Source: Felis catus
Lineage: Eukaryota
Length of the DNA stretch: 64,000 bases
Direction: 5' to 3'
Assembly: GCF_018350175.1 (NCBI RefSeq)
Contig: NC_058383.1
Location: 558,001-622,000 of the forward strand
The notes below the pieces were generated by a model. It made no database searches. It saw nothing but the letters and a program-made list of their open reading frames with translations, and was not told where the DNA came from. This document shows positions 1 through 11,730 of the stretch, piece by piece. Numbering within the stretch: position 1 is the first letter of the stretch; each line of letters starts with the position of its first letter. A program made the position numbers and the translations under genes.

Positions 1-105
1 CTCGGGGCACAGGTGAGACAACCAAGGCCCAGAGAGGGGGCAGCCCTGTGTGTAACCTGTGACTTCTTCAAGGAACTCCCTTGGTGTGCACTCTCTCCAA
101 GACAA

Positions 106-414
106 GGACAGATGGGTGGGTGGATGGATAGACGGATGGACGGATGGATAGATGGATGGACGGATACATGGGTGGACAGATGGATGGATGGGTGGATAGA
201 TGGCTGGACAGACGGATGGACGGATGGATAGATGGATGGACGGATAGATGGATGGATGGATAGATGGCTGGACAGATGGATGGACGGATGGATAGATGGA
301 TGGACGGATACATGGACAGATAGATGGACGGATGGATAGATGGATGGACGGATACATGGACAGATAGATAGATGGCTGGACAGATGGATGGATGGATGGG
401 TGGATGGATGGATG
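106..414 (+). repeat. Compound (GGAT/GGAC/AGAT)n tetranucleotide microsatellite
   Basis: About 300 bp of mixed GGAT, GGAC, AGAT and GGGT units, read directly; explains the MDGW/SIHP ORFs. Confidence 0.95.
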
Positions 415-3400
415 AAGAACTTCCAGAGATCTGGCGGCCACAGCCACGGCCCTCCAGCTCTCTAGAAGTTAGGGCTGGCCGGCCCTGAGGACGTCTGGGT
501 GGGTGCTGTTCTGGGGGAGGGGGCAGTGGCAGCTGGCACCACCAGGCTGTGCTGGGGGACAGGGTGGAGGGCCCTGGACCAGCAGAGGATTGGAAGGCAG
601 CCCCGGGGTCAGGCAGAGCTCATGGCGGGTGCCACAGTGCTGAGCTAGGAGACCCCGTGTCTTGGCAGCCGCCTCTCTGGGGGCACAGTTTCCAGTAGGT
701 CTACAGCAGCCTCTTTCTCGCCAAAAATGCAGCTGTAGGGAAAGGCCCAGAGCCTCTGTCTGGGGTCCCCGAGGGCAGGCACCAGGGGATGTGGCGGGGA
801 CAGCTGCCTGCTCTCCCTGGGCAGGTGGGACTGAGCAGGGACCAGGAAGGAACTTGAGGGCAGCTGGACAGAAAGACCAGGGTCCCTGCGCCTGTCCCCA
901 GCTATCCCGAGTGGAAGGCCCCTTCCAAGCACCTAGAGAAGATGCCTCTGTCCCCCGGGTCCCCTGGAACTGCCCCGGGGCCATGCCCACCCAGGCCCAT
1001 GCACAGCCCAAGAGACCAGCAAGCTTCTCCGGTGCAGCAGGAAAGGTCAGAATGGGCGCCCCACCATCGCCCTCCGACGGGCACTCCCTGCGAAGGGCAC
1101 GGCCGGCCCAGAGCCCAGAGCTGGTGATAAGCGCAGGACTGAGCCGCTGGCAGAGCTTTGGGGAAACTGTCCAAGGCCGGCCGAGCTCTGGGGTCCTCGT
1201 CCCCTGCCAGCCAGGATGAGGGGCAGTCTGGGAGGTACTCTTAAGGGCCTCGAGTCCCGCAGGTTAGGTGAGGGGACTCAGCCCATGTTCTGTGGCCAAG
1301 GACTGGGGCCGGCCCCCTCGGGGAGGCCGGGAGCCCCTGCCCACACCTGAAGCCTGCAATGGACGCCCCACCCGGGGACCGTCCAGGAGGAGCTCAGAGG
1401 GGAAGCAGTATTTCTGTCCGTCTGTCTGTCTGCTGTCCATCAGAACCACAAAGGGCCTTCTGGGCAGCACAGCGCCTGGTGGAACCCCCGTGTGGCATGG
1501 CTATGCCAGCAAGGGCCACAGGCCGCCAGCTCCAGCCCAGGAGCCAAAAGGGCCGGGCGGGGGTGCCTCAGCCCCCGGGGCTCCGGGCAGGGCCTCACTC
1601 GGGCGGCGGGGCGCAGGCCCCAACAGGGACCGCGTCTGCTCCCTGGTCCTCCCAGGAACACTGCCCACTGATCAGCAGGCTGGGGGCCAGATAGCGAATA
1701 CTCCACATTTTTTGGCGGCTCAAGGGCCTGGTTGGAAACAGTCACTGTTTTATTCTGCAGAAACCACACGCTTTGCGCCCCGTGCCCTGCAGGGAGTGGG
1801 GGTGGGCACTGTGGGGCGGCAGGCCAGCTCCTGCACACTGCTGTCACCTCTGAGGCCAGGCTGAGCGCGGGCCCCCGGCCCGGGGGTGAATCCGAGGGCG
1901 CCTCCCTTGGTGCTGCGAGGACCATCTGAGACGGGGACCCTCAGGGGCACGAGGACGCGGGCTCTGCCTGGTGCCCCAGGGGCCACCAGGCCTCCCTTCA
2001 CGGGCTGCTCAGGAACCTGGAAGCACGGACTCCTATTCCTGCCTCTGAGAGTCCCCGGCCGGTGAGGAGAGACAGCCTGGGACCCAGAAGCCACGTCAGC
2101 TGAAGAAGGTGTGAGCAGCGTGAGGTGGTCCCGCTCGGGAGGGGCAGGCAGAGAACCTTCCAGGCCCTCACACCTGGAGGCCACCTGGCCCAGCCTTCAC
2201 CTCCTCCACACACTCTGTGCCTGCGGCGTGGGAAGGTGGACGGGTGCGTGAGTTTGTACCCTCCGCCCTCCCTGTGTGAGAAGCCGCCTGGGTGGGTGGA
2301 AGGCGGGTTGGACAGTTTTGGGGCCTGGGGCCACCCCCAATCATGCTCCCCTGGCCTGAGGGGGCAGCTCCTCCCCTATGCCTCCTTTGTGTTTCGAGGA
2401 CCCCGTGACTCCACTCCGAGGGGCTGCTGCAGGCTGAGCCCCTTGGGTACATCGGGGCGACCCGCACAGACGGCCAGCAACGGTTTTCGAGAGCGAGAGG
2501 TGACTCGCCGGAGTCATCCGGTGAGGACACCCAGGGTCACACGGCTAGGTCGTCCGAGGTCACGTGGTGAGACACCCAAGGTCTCACTACCAGGTGGGTC
2601 CAGGGCACGGAGGAGCCCCACAGAGCCACATTCTCAAACCCCACCCTCGGCTGCCTCCAGCCCGTGGACACGAACGGTCCACAGATGGATAGAGCCGGGG
2701 AGGTCGGTGGAGAGCAGGGGGCAACGGGTCCCGGCCAGGCAGGGCCTCAGGCCCACCCCTGGGTGCATCCTTCACGTTAAGTGGCACGGAGGTGGGCACA
2801 CTGGGAGGTCTGGGCCGCAGACGGCCGCGGCACGGAAACCCCAGATCAGCCCCGAAGCCGCGGAGACACGGCCCCACAGCCCCATGGTTTCCGTGGCCAC
2901 CCACAGCTGGGCGCCCACTCCTTCCCTGCCAGCACCCCCACTCGGCCCCACGCAGGCGTCTTCTCGTGCCAGGAGGGAGCCCGTAGGACCATACGCTCAC
3001 ACGGGCGCCCCCTTTCCCGGGGGAACGACTCCCAGAGACGTTTGCAAGGCCCCCGGGGTCCCACGGGAAAGAGCAGAGGTGGGTGGTGCCCAGGGCGTCT
3101 CCCTGCTTCCAGCCCTGTGTCTCTTCTCCAAGGAGCTACCTGCCCACCAGCCCTCCTCAGGCTCTGCTCTGGGGAGCCCAGGTTAAGGCACCACAGTCTG
3201 AGAACACACGGCCGTCCACCATCCCCCGTGAGCGCGGCCTGCCCGGAAGCCGGGCCCGGCCCGGGAGTCCCCTTGGTCCTGCCACTCAGTCCCGCGGGCC
3301 AGGGCTCCGCTGCCGGGCACCCCTGCTCCACCTGAACAGTTAACTGAAATCAACAGTCTTTTAAAAAACTGAAGTGCACATCGCTGACAAAAATGAACAG

Positions 3401-4049
3401 TCGCGGCACCGGGGCCAACTGGATTCCTAGTGCATCGCTGCTCAGTGAGCACGGACCCTTCCGGGCCACACTGGCACATGCCGAGCCCCAGTCTGTGCCT
3501 CTACAAAATGGGCCACGCGGCAGGCAGGGTGGACCGAACCCAGAGGGCTTTGGGGGCGGGGCCTGGAGCACCCACCGCAACCTTGCCGGGTGCTGATACC
3601 CGGAGCCCCAGGACGAGACCCGTCGCGGAGCAGCCGGCAGGGGCGGGGCCGGGACAGCAGCGGGCGCCCCAAGGGAACTGCAGCTGGGACCCCAAGTGGA
3701 CGTGAGCGGGGCGGGGCCAGCCTCAAATCCCACCTCCAGCTACTGCCTCGGGGGGGACGCCTGAGCATCGGAGCCTCTGTCCCCGTCCGTCCGCACAAGG
3801 ACGCCACACGCCGTGCGGACGCCACACGCCGTGGCAGACCACAGAACGTGACACTCACCAGGGACCAGGCCCGGGGACCAGGCGTCTCTGTTCCACCCCG
3901 GGTGAAGCAAGACAGGTGGAGGACAGCCTAACTGGCCTGGAGCTTCAGCTTGGCTGGGAGCAGCTGGGACCAAGGGCCGGCCCTTCCCACGCGACGTGGT
4001 GAGGGCTGCGGTGACAGGGAGGAGGAGATAAAAACTCAGCGCTGCTGGG

Positions 4050-4290
4050 GGTGGGGGGCGGGTGAAACAGGGGAAGGGGATTCGGAGGCACAAACTCCCA
4101 GTTGGGACACAAGCAGGTCGCGGGGAGTGGGAAGGACAAGCGGAGGGAAGAGTCACCAATGTGATGATGTCGTGCAGGGACAGGCGGGGGACACGAGTAA
4201 CGGAGAGAATGGTGCCACCGCTAACTACACTGTGCGCGTCACATCGCCGGCCAACCACACGCACTTGGGTAAAACGCACTCGGGCTGCAC
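4050..4290 (+). mobile_element. Diverged LINE-1 3' end fragment (L1MA9/L1_Carn-like)
   Basis: gggtgaaacaggggaaggggattcggaggcacaaactcccagtt resembles the recalled L1 3' UTR consensus gggtgaaataggtgaaggggattaagaggtacaaacttccagtt; boundaries approximate. Confidence 0.6.
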
Positions 4291-6249
4291 CAGCCGGCGG
4301 CACGTGGCAGGAAGGACTCGCCGTGGCGCCAGGTCACAGGTCAGGGCCTGGGGCCCGCCTCCACGGGGATGGGTTGTGGGTGGGGAGAGGACTATGGGAG
4401 GCCTTGTCCAAGCCCCTGACCTTCTGGGTCTTCTCCTCTCCTTCCTTCTCCTCTGACCCTGGGCATGTTGCACTCGCTGGGGGTCCGGGCGGCCGCCATC
4501 CCCAACCCTGTTCCACAGCACGTGAAGGCCCTCACCCAGGGCCCGGCCACAGCCACGGCACTGCAGAGAGAATCCCCTGGCTCACGTGTCCCAGGGAGGC
4601 CGAGGCCAGGCTGTCTGCTGTGCCCCGCCCCCGGAGAACGTGGCCCCCTCTTCCGAGGGCCAAGGGCATGTCAAGGGCGCAGCGCCCCATCCTTTGTCCT
4701 CACCCCCAGAACACAGTGGTCTGGGCCTGGCCCAGGCTGGAGAGCAGCGTGTGGAACCCCACCACACAAGCCAGGAGCACCCGCTTCATGGACCAGGGCG
4801 GCAAGTGTGGGCGGGGGGCGTGGGCTGCCCAAGCTGGGAGGAGGGGCCCTGGGCAAGGACAGGTGACTGTGGCTCTCCGGACAGTGCGTTCAGTGGAAGG
4901 GAAGCCACCCAAAGCTTTGCTCCGCTGCAGCGTCGGGCCCAGAAGCCGAAAGGACAAGCCAGGGGGCGGGGGCGCCGTGCTTCTGCACAGGGAGGTCCCT
5001 GCTGGGGTCCCCGCGCGCATTGTACAGAACCCTTGCCGTATGCCAAGCTGCGGTCCCCACGGTGCAGATGGACAGAGGCCCGTGGCTCAGGGACACAAGG
5101 CTTACAAGATTGCAGAGCACCAGCCCCGAGCAGACGCACCCAGGTACGGGCTAGGGTGACGGGCTGGGAGGGGCCCAGGCAGGCGCAGAAATGCCAAGAA
5201 TTTAGGGCAAAGCCGCAACAAAGCCTGTGGGCCGCGTAGGCCTGCGATCCAGAAACAACCCAGCCACAGACCGCGGCCTCCGCCGGGTGTCAGCCCCTTC
5301 CTGGCTGGGTGTGGACGCCAGCCTGTCCGCCCCCGCTCCACCCAGCAGCACAGGCCCTCAGCAGGGAGACAGGCGGCCAGGTCTCCCCCCCCCCCCGCCC
5401 CCCGCAACCCTCCCCTGCTGCCCCGGGCCCTCTTCCCGCCTCACCCCCTCCCCAGGAGGGCACCAGCTTTTCTGCTCCAGCGCTAAGGGACAGATCCTTC
5501 GTCCGCCGGCTTTGGGCAAAGGGAAGAAACCGGGTGGTATCATCAGCATCTCACGGAGACATAAACACATAAATCACCATCGTCCATCTCCCGGCAGACC
5601 CACTGCCAGCGCACGGGGTAGTGAGCGGCGCGGGCTCGAGATGCCCGGCATGGGGCCCAGGACGGTGTCAGCTGCGCCTGGGGCTGGGCGCGAACAAGGG
5701 GCCCGTGGCCACCTGCCCCCTCCGCCCCCCCACCCCCACCCCAGCCTCCCTTCGCTCGTCCTGCTGACCAAAAACTACACCGTGGAGATGTGCTGCTGGA
5801 GAAATTCCTTTATAAAAGTCCTCCCACGAACACACAGATACCGGAGACACTCGCTCTCGCGCTGGAGTCCCTGCCCACAGCAAAGGGATCTTGACGGCCA
5901 CGTAGCGTGTCCACTCTGGGGACACGGACGGCAGGCCACGGGCGACGTGGGGCTGCCTGCCTTCACTGGCTCGCGCACGCAGGGACAATCAAGTCAACTC
6001 ACTTCCAGATTAAACCCATCGTCTGTTTGGCCGCGCCCCTGGCCCGATGGCTCCGTTGGCCCATCCCCGCGAGGCTCCGGAATCTCGAGCGCCGGCCTCG
6101 CTCCTCTTGTGGCGGGGAGGGCGCGGGGCTCCTCCAAGTGATCGTCCGCAGCTCCAGAAACCGCTCCGCGGACACGTGATGGGAGACGGGTCTAGACTCG
6201 GTTACGCAACCAGAAAAATGGACCACAAAGCACTTTTCCCGTGTATGGG

Positions 6250-7401
6250 TTTTGTTGGTGAGTTTTTCTTTTTCCTTTTGGTTCAAAAAAAAAAAAAAAC
6301 ATAGCAGGCTCTCAGGTATATAAAAGTGGTAATATTAGATAAAAATACAAACTTCACCTTTACAAAACAAAAACACAACACACACACACATTTCCGTTGA
6401 ATACATGTAAAGCGTAACATCTTCCCAAAAATAAAGAATTTAGATTCTGTCCAAACACTGGCACAGGGGCGACCTGGCGGCGGCCAGGGCGGGGAGCCCG
6501 GGATCGGCAGGCCGGGACGGACTCGATTGGTTCACGCAACTGTTCTCTCGAAATGGCTTAAATTAAAAAGTAAGATGAAATGGGGCCGGGGAGAAACACG
6601 TAAAGCCAGAAACATTTAGGAAATGATGCATAGGTGGGTATACCATTTTATTTTAATACATCTCGTTTGTTTGCATCCTGCGAGGAGAAATACCGTCCCA
6701 CTGTCCTGACTTACAGCAGCCTGGTGTTATAGGTGTCAATGCCATCCAAGAGATCATTTAAAAAAACAAAAACAAAAACAAAAACAAAAACACTAGCCAA
6801 AGAGTAAAAAGGAAAGCTTAATAATCACTTTATGGTGTAAAAAAAAAATCCACTTAAGGCTCTCGGGAAGGTTTCTGTATAGACTTAAACACTACGGCAA
6901 GGAGATGTGTTTCTAAGTCCCGTGGCGGTTCTGAGACACTCCTGGCTCCCGCGTGCCCCACAGGGCCCTCGGCGCCCGCCCGGAGTCCTCCGGAAAGCAG
7001 GCGCTGTGTCCCCGGCAGAAGCACCTGTGACCACCCTGGACAGAAATCCAGTCCACCGAGGCGCAACACGTCCGGCCCACGGGGCGTCCCTCCATTCCGA
7101 CAACTGTGTAGATATTTGTGTGAGTCAGTTTTGTTTGTCATGTTTCGTGGTTGTTTGCTCGCTCTCTGTCTTTTTTGTTTGACGAGGAGGCTTCCTATTG
7201 TTTCACCGAGCGCTACAATACTTGCTTTGATGTCGCACTGAACAAACGTATACTGTCTCTTTGTTCTCCAGAGTGCGCGTGGAGACAGTTTTTCACGGAG
7301 GACAAAGACCACACACTGGCAGTAAGCACCGCACATAGTAGGTTCAGGAATGTAACACGCCATGTACATCCGTGTCCCGGAAAAGGGCCGCTGGCTTATT
7401 C
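6250..7401 (-). other. PDGFA: PDGFA 3' UTR (exon 7)
   Basis: Follows the TGA at 7402-7404; markedly A/U-rich block (6250-6900) against GC-rich flanks; distal end inferred from the composition change. Confidence 0.75.
6647..6657 (-). terminator. PDGFA: Overlapping poly(A) signals ATTAAA/AATAAA (proximal PDGFA site)
   Basis: Minus strand reads ATTAAAATAAA: AATAAA at 6647-6652 and ATTAAA at 6652-6657. Confidence 0.7.
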
Positions 7402-7412
7402 TCACCTCACAT
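7402..7412 (-). CDS. PDGFA: PDGFA exon 7 coding part (short isoform C-terminus D-V-R-stop)
   Basis: Acceptor tcctctctccctgcag|AT GTG AGG TGA; phase 1 matches the exon 5 donor; total CDS 591 nt = 196 aa. Confidence 0.95.
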
Positions 7413-7664
7413 CTGCAGGGAGAGAGGACACAGGCAGACACTGAGGGGGGGACCGAGCGCGCTCGTGGGTGGGGACCGCCGCGGAACGATGAACCTGAGC
7501 GAGGGTACGCACTCACTCACGCACGCACCACGACGAGTCTCGGGATTCGAGGGTTCGGTGGAATTTTTCAAATCAGATGCACCTCATTACCCTTGCCGTA
7601 ACATCCTGACCAGGATTGGGGTTAGACTCTTGGGATCTCACAGAACATTCCTTAGAGCAAGCCC

Positions 7665-7708
7665 CCATTCTCCCATTGCACAGATGAGGGGAACTGAGGC
7701 CCAGAAAG
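7665..7708. mobile_element. MIR fragment
   Basis: cccattgcacagatgaggggaactgaggcccaga matches the MIR core (cccattttacagatgaggaaactgaggc). Similar cores at ~8850-8885, ~29565-29600, ~30940-31000 and ~43455-43490. Confidence 0.6.
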
Positions 7709-7727
7709 TTGTGTTTTTGTTTCGCTG

Positions 7728-7729
<2 letters not shown>

Positions 7730-7769
<40 letters not shown>
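7730..7769 (+). repeat. T40 homopolymer (A40 on the PDGFA pre-mRNA), intron 6
   Basis: Uninterrupted T run. Confidence 0.95.
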
Positions 7770-7771
<2 letters not shown>

Positions 7772-8594
7772 CTTTTTCCTCCGACCTAGGGCTTCCCGTG
7801 ATTTCTGGAGCTCTGGCAGCCATCCTGGGCCATGAGACCACCCTAAAGCTGGACCCCACCAGGCATACAGGCAGGGTCTCTGTGTCCAGGCAGATACTAC
7901 GCTGAGCTCTGAGCTAAGAGCCACTCTTCCCTACCCATGTTACCTGTTTGCCGCTCATCTCAACACCTTTACCGCCCACACGCTAGCAGGGCCTGGGGTG
8001 GCAGGGACACCCCCGGCCTCTCACTCGGGGTCCTGTCATCGCTGGCCCATGCAGGCCAAGCCCAACCAGCGGCGTGCCGACCGGATGCGCAGGGAAGCGT
8101 GGAACCGCACCCCTGGGGAAAGCAAAAGCCTCAGCCAGGCAGTTGTTTTGAGGCTGCTTCAGGAACCCCCACATGGACCTTTCCTCCCCAGAGGATTCTA
8201 CCGAATGGCCCTGACCCTCGGGCCCCGGCACTCCTGACCTGGCAGCTTTCTGCGCTCACTCCACCAGAGCCCGGGCTCTTGGACACCACCTCTAAGAATT
8301 TCTCCCAGAGCCACCTGTTTTGGACGCTGCGGGCTCCCCCACGCCAGGGGGGTTCTCCAGAGCAGACAGGCCACCAACACGGAGCAGAAAGGCTGGAAAC
8401 GGCCTCCGTGAGGGCTGTGCCTGCTCAAACCCCATCCTCCTCTGGGAAACGGTACACCTCTCTACAAGACTACACTTCCCGGGCCCCAGCAGCCGAAGGA
8501 CAGCCAGGGTATGAGAGCACCAGTCCCCAGGGGGCACTTCTCCGAGAGGGTTTTTCTGCCCCTCTCCCCACCTTACTCTTCCAGCCTGGGGTGT

Positions 8595-8772
8595 AGATGT
8601 GATTTCCGGAGCTTCAGCAGCCATACTGAGGACACACACCACCAGTCCCAAACGGAAGGGGGTCCTTCCCGATGATACCCGGAGAAGGCCACGCCTACTC
8701 TTAAATGCCTATCTTATCTCAGCCCTGTTTTCGGTGTGGTTACTAGCAGCCAAACACAATTTCCAACACAGT
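8595..8772. mobile_element. Old MaLR (MLT1-like) LTR fragment
   Basis: gtgatttccggagcttcagcagccatactg and ttactagcagccaaacacaatttccaacaca resemble MLT1 motifs; a related piece lies at ~7795-7860. Confidence 0.4.
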
Positions 8773-9245
8773 AGCCCACAGCCCCGTACGTTTATGAAAC
8801 GCTTTCAGGCAGGACCTACTCAGTCTTTGACTACCCTAACCTACCATCCTGTAAGCCTCAATTTCTCATCTGTCAAATGGGGCGGGTAACCTGCCGGACG
8901 TGGTGATCCCAGCTAACGAACGTCGGAGCTACCCCAGGGCTGTTCAGGAACCCAAATCACTCCAGTCACGTGATGCTGGGGCCTCCCCAATCAGCGGAAG
9001 AGGCCAAAGCCAGAGCAGGGGCTCCAGAGCAGAAGGGAGCCGTGGATCAGGCTCCGTGTGCGGCAGGAGGGGGGAGCCGGGGACGGGAGCGAGCAGACCC
9101 ACAGCCCAGCCAGGCCCCGGAAGCTTGCAGCCGGATCAGGCCCAGTCAGGCCGCTGCGGGAGGGATTCGCCGTGTGATCAGCCAGCACACCTCCACCCGC
9201 AAGACCACAGTGTATCCACGGGCAGCTCCTACCTGGTTGGCTGCG

Positions 9246-9301
9246 TTAGGTGGGTTTTAACCTTTTTCTTTTCCGTTTTTTACCTGACTCCCTACGCCTT
9301 C
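9246..9301 (-). CDS. PDGFA: PDGFA alternative exon 6 coding part: basic retention tail GRRRESGKKRKRKRLKPT-stop (whole exon 9233-9301, 69 nt)
   Basis: Acceptor ttctgttaacag|GA AGG; TAA at 9246-9248; donor CCAG|gtagga at 9232; long isoform 636 nt = 211 aa. Confidence 0.96.
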
Positions 9302-9705
9302 CTGTTAACAGAAGGGCAGGGAGGGTGAGCGGGCCTAAGGGAGGGCTGCAAAGCTGCAGCAATAAATACCTCAGGTGTTTGTCTTTCTGGAAGAAAACTC
9401 GATTAGCTTTGGCACAGAGACACTTCCTGGTGCCCTGAGCCAGCCTGACACGGCGGGTCCCAACGCCACGCTGCTTCTGGGCAAAGTCTGCCCGGGACGG
9501 GGGAGGCCACCAGGTCCCCCGGCACACCCAGCGCCCACCTCCCGGGGGCAGGGCCTTTCTCGGCCACACGGCCCCCAACCCCCCGCGTGGAGGGGACGTC
9601 GAGCGTCTGCCCCTTCGCACTCCGGCGACGCCTGCGGGCAGCGGTGTCCCCAGCAGGTCCCCGGTCGGCCGCAGCACCAGACCCCACGGCAGAGGCAGCG
9701 CCTAC

Positions 9706-9832
9706 CTGTCTCCTCCTCCCGGTGGTCCGGGGTCGGGCCGGTGGCCGTGCACGTGCACTCCAGATGCTCCTCCAGCCGCACCTGTACCTCCTTTAACTTT
9801 GGCTTCTTCCTGATGTACTCCACCTTGGCCAC
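9706..9832 (-). CDS. PDGFA: PDGFA exon 5 ([28 protein letters not shown]...REEET)
   Basis: 127 nt; cggcag|GTG acceptor and ACAG|gtaggc donor; contains the C-x-C of the cystine knot. Confidence 0.98.
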
Positions 9833-10713
9833 CTGCCGAGACAACCCCGCGTGAGCGCCTCGGCCGCGCCCCACACGAGTCACTGGGGGAGGGGGGATGT
9901 GCCCGGCCCCACCCGGGGCGGGCCGGGAAGGCGACCTCTGAACTCCACCCTCTGACCTCCTTCCTAGCGGAAGAGGCAGGAGTGCTGGCGGAAAAGGAGC
10001 CCTCGGCATCTGTGGTCTGGTCCACTTCACTCGGAACCCAAAGGCTCATTTGTGCCAGCCCGAAGGCGTGCAGGTGCCCCTTGAGGTAAGAGCTCTGAGG
10101 GACACAGGGCAGGGAAGGGGTTCGCTTCCAGGTCTTAAGGGCATCCGCGGCAATGGCCAGTTTCCAAACGCAAGCTAGCTTATTCAAGGGGAAAATCCCA
10201 CGGCCGAGGAGCTGGCCTGCTGCACAGGGCTTGGGGGAGTCACTGTCCCCTCTGCCCATCCCGCCAAAGCCCCAGGAGGAGCGAAGCGAGCACAGCCCTA
10301 AGGGCCCACAGGAAGGCTGTCAGGTTTGGACGTGGATTCTGCTCTGCTTTGGACAGCAGATCAGGACACCACGGGCTCCAGGCCACACTGCCCACCCCAC
10401 GGCCACCCCACGGCCTCAGTCCCAGCCTTGAGGCCTTCTCATGCCCCCCCCCCCAACACCCGCAGCCGCCCTGGGACTGGAGAAAGCCAGGCTTCCCGGA
10501 AACATGGGCAGGGACCCAGGGCCCTCCCGGAAGGGTCTAGAACTGAGCCAGCGCCTGCTCCATCCACAGGCCGTGTCGGCCCAAACCCTCGGCACGGAAC
10601 CACAGCGCAGCAGGCCTGACGGTCCAGCCCGTGGGGCACAAGTCCGGGCAGCCAAGTGACCAAGTCCCCACGGGCCCCTTCTGTCATGGGAACACAGCTC
10701 CGCCCTCCACGTG

Positions 10714-10811
10714 GACACACACGTGCACTCGTAGCACACACACACGCACAAGCCGTGTCCTAGAAACAGAAACTGCTTACACACACACACACACACACAA
10801 GCACGCACGCA
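10714..10811 (+). repeat. Interrupted (CA)n microsatellite, intron 4
   Basis: About (AC)10 core at 10778-10798 plus shorter CA/GCAC runs. Confidence 0.85.
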
Positions 10812-11641
10812 CCTGGCATCAGAGGATCAGAGGGCACTTCGTACACACAGTGAGCAGGGTCAAGGTGGCCTCACTTCATCCCAGGGCACGGAGGAAATAG
10901 GTGACATGAGAAACAATCCTCCCCGCCCCTCTCTGCAGCCCCAACGGGCTCCCCCCACCACGTGCCTGAGCTCAATCCCCAGCAGGGGCAGGAGGGCCAT
11001 CTCCCCGCCAGCCCTGAACCCTGCGGACCCGAGCACAGGACACACATTCCATCTGCACCAACACTGGGGCTGCGGTCTCAGGTCCTGGCAACGGCCCTCA
11101 GGGGTGTCCGTTCTATCCCCCTCTCTGTTGGCCTGGGGAAACTGAGGCAGAAAGGGAGCAGGGTCCACCCAGGCATGACTGACAGCAGAAACCCCCAGCC
11201 TGGGGACAGTCAGGAGGGGAGGAGGCAGGAGGGACAGTGTGGTGGTGGGGGGTGGGGGGGGGAGCGGGAGGGATGGCTCCTTTGCAGAGGCCTAGAGTCC
11301 AGAAGCCAGAGGACCCCAGGCAAGTGGGACAGCCCACCCCACAGGTCAGCTGGCCCCTGGCTTGTCCAGACCTGTGGCCGCGGGGCTGCATTAATGGTTA
11401 ACCCGCAGCGCAAAGGGGGCTGGGTGCCCCGCGAGTGCAGGAAGAGGTGTGCAGCCTCAGGTGTGAATGTGGACGGCCAGGTGTGGGCTCACAGGTGGGG
11501 TGGGAGCCAGGCCACGTCTGGGGCCAGGCCTGGGAAGCCTCCTAAGTAGACAACAGAAAGAGAAAGGGGCTGGGGGCATGACCAACCACAGCCACAGGGC
11601 ACGGTTAGCTCCACGGGCTGTTCTGGGAGCCAGGACCACAC

Positions 11642-11730
11642 GGGAGGCAGGGAGGGAGGGAGAGAGAGGGAGAGAGAGGGAGGGAGGGAGAGGGAGGGAG
11701 GCAGGGAGAGGGAGGGAGGGAGACGGAGAG
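11642..11730 (+). repeat. Polypurine (GGGA/GAGA)n tract, intron 4
   Basis: About 90 bp almost purely G/A. Confidence 0.9.

Noticed and set aside
13..313. MDGWIDGW / SIHPSIHL ORFs
   Set aside because: Tetranucleotide microsatellite translations.
3800..3834. 18-bp tandem duplication GACGCCACACGCCGTG x2
   Set aside because: Two copies only; an ordinary slippage event with no supporting context.
6854..7516. 220-aa minus-strand ORF over exon 7
   Set aside because: Starts in intron 6 and runs through the 3' UTR out of frame with the spliced CDS, which stops at 7402-7404.
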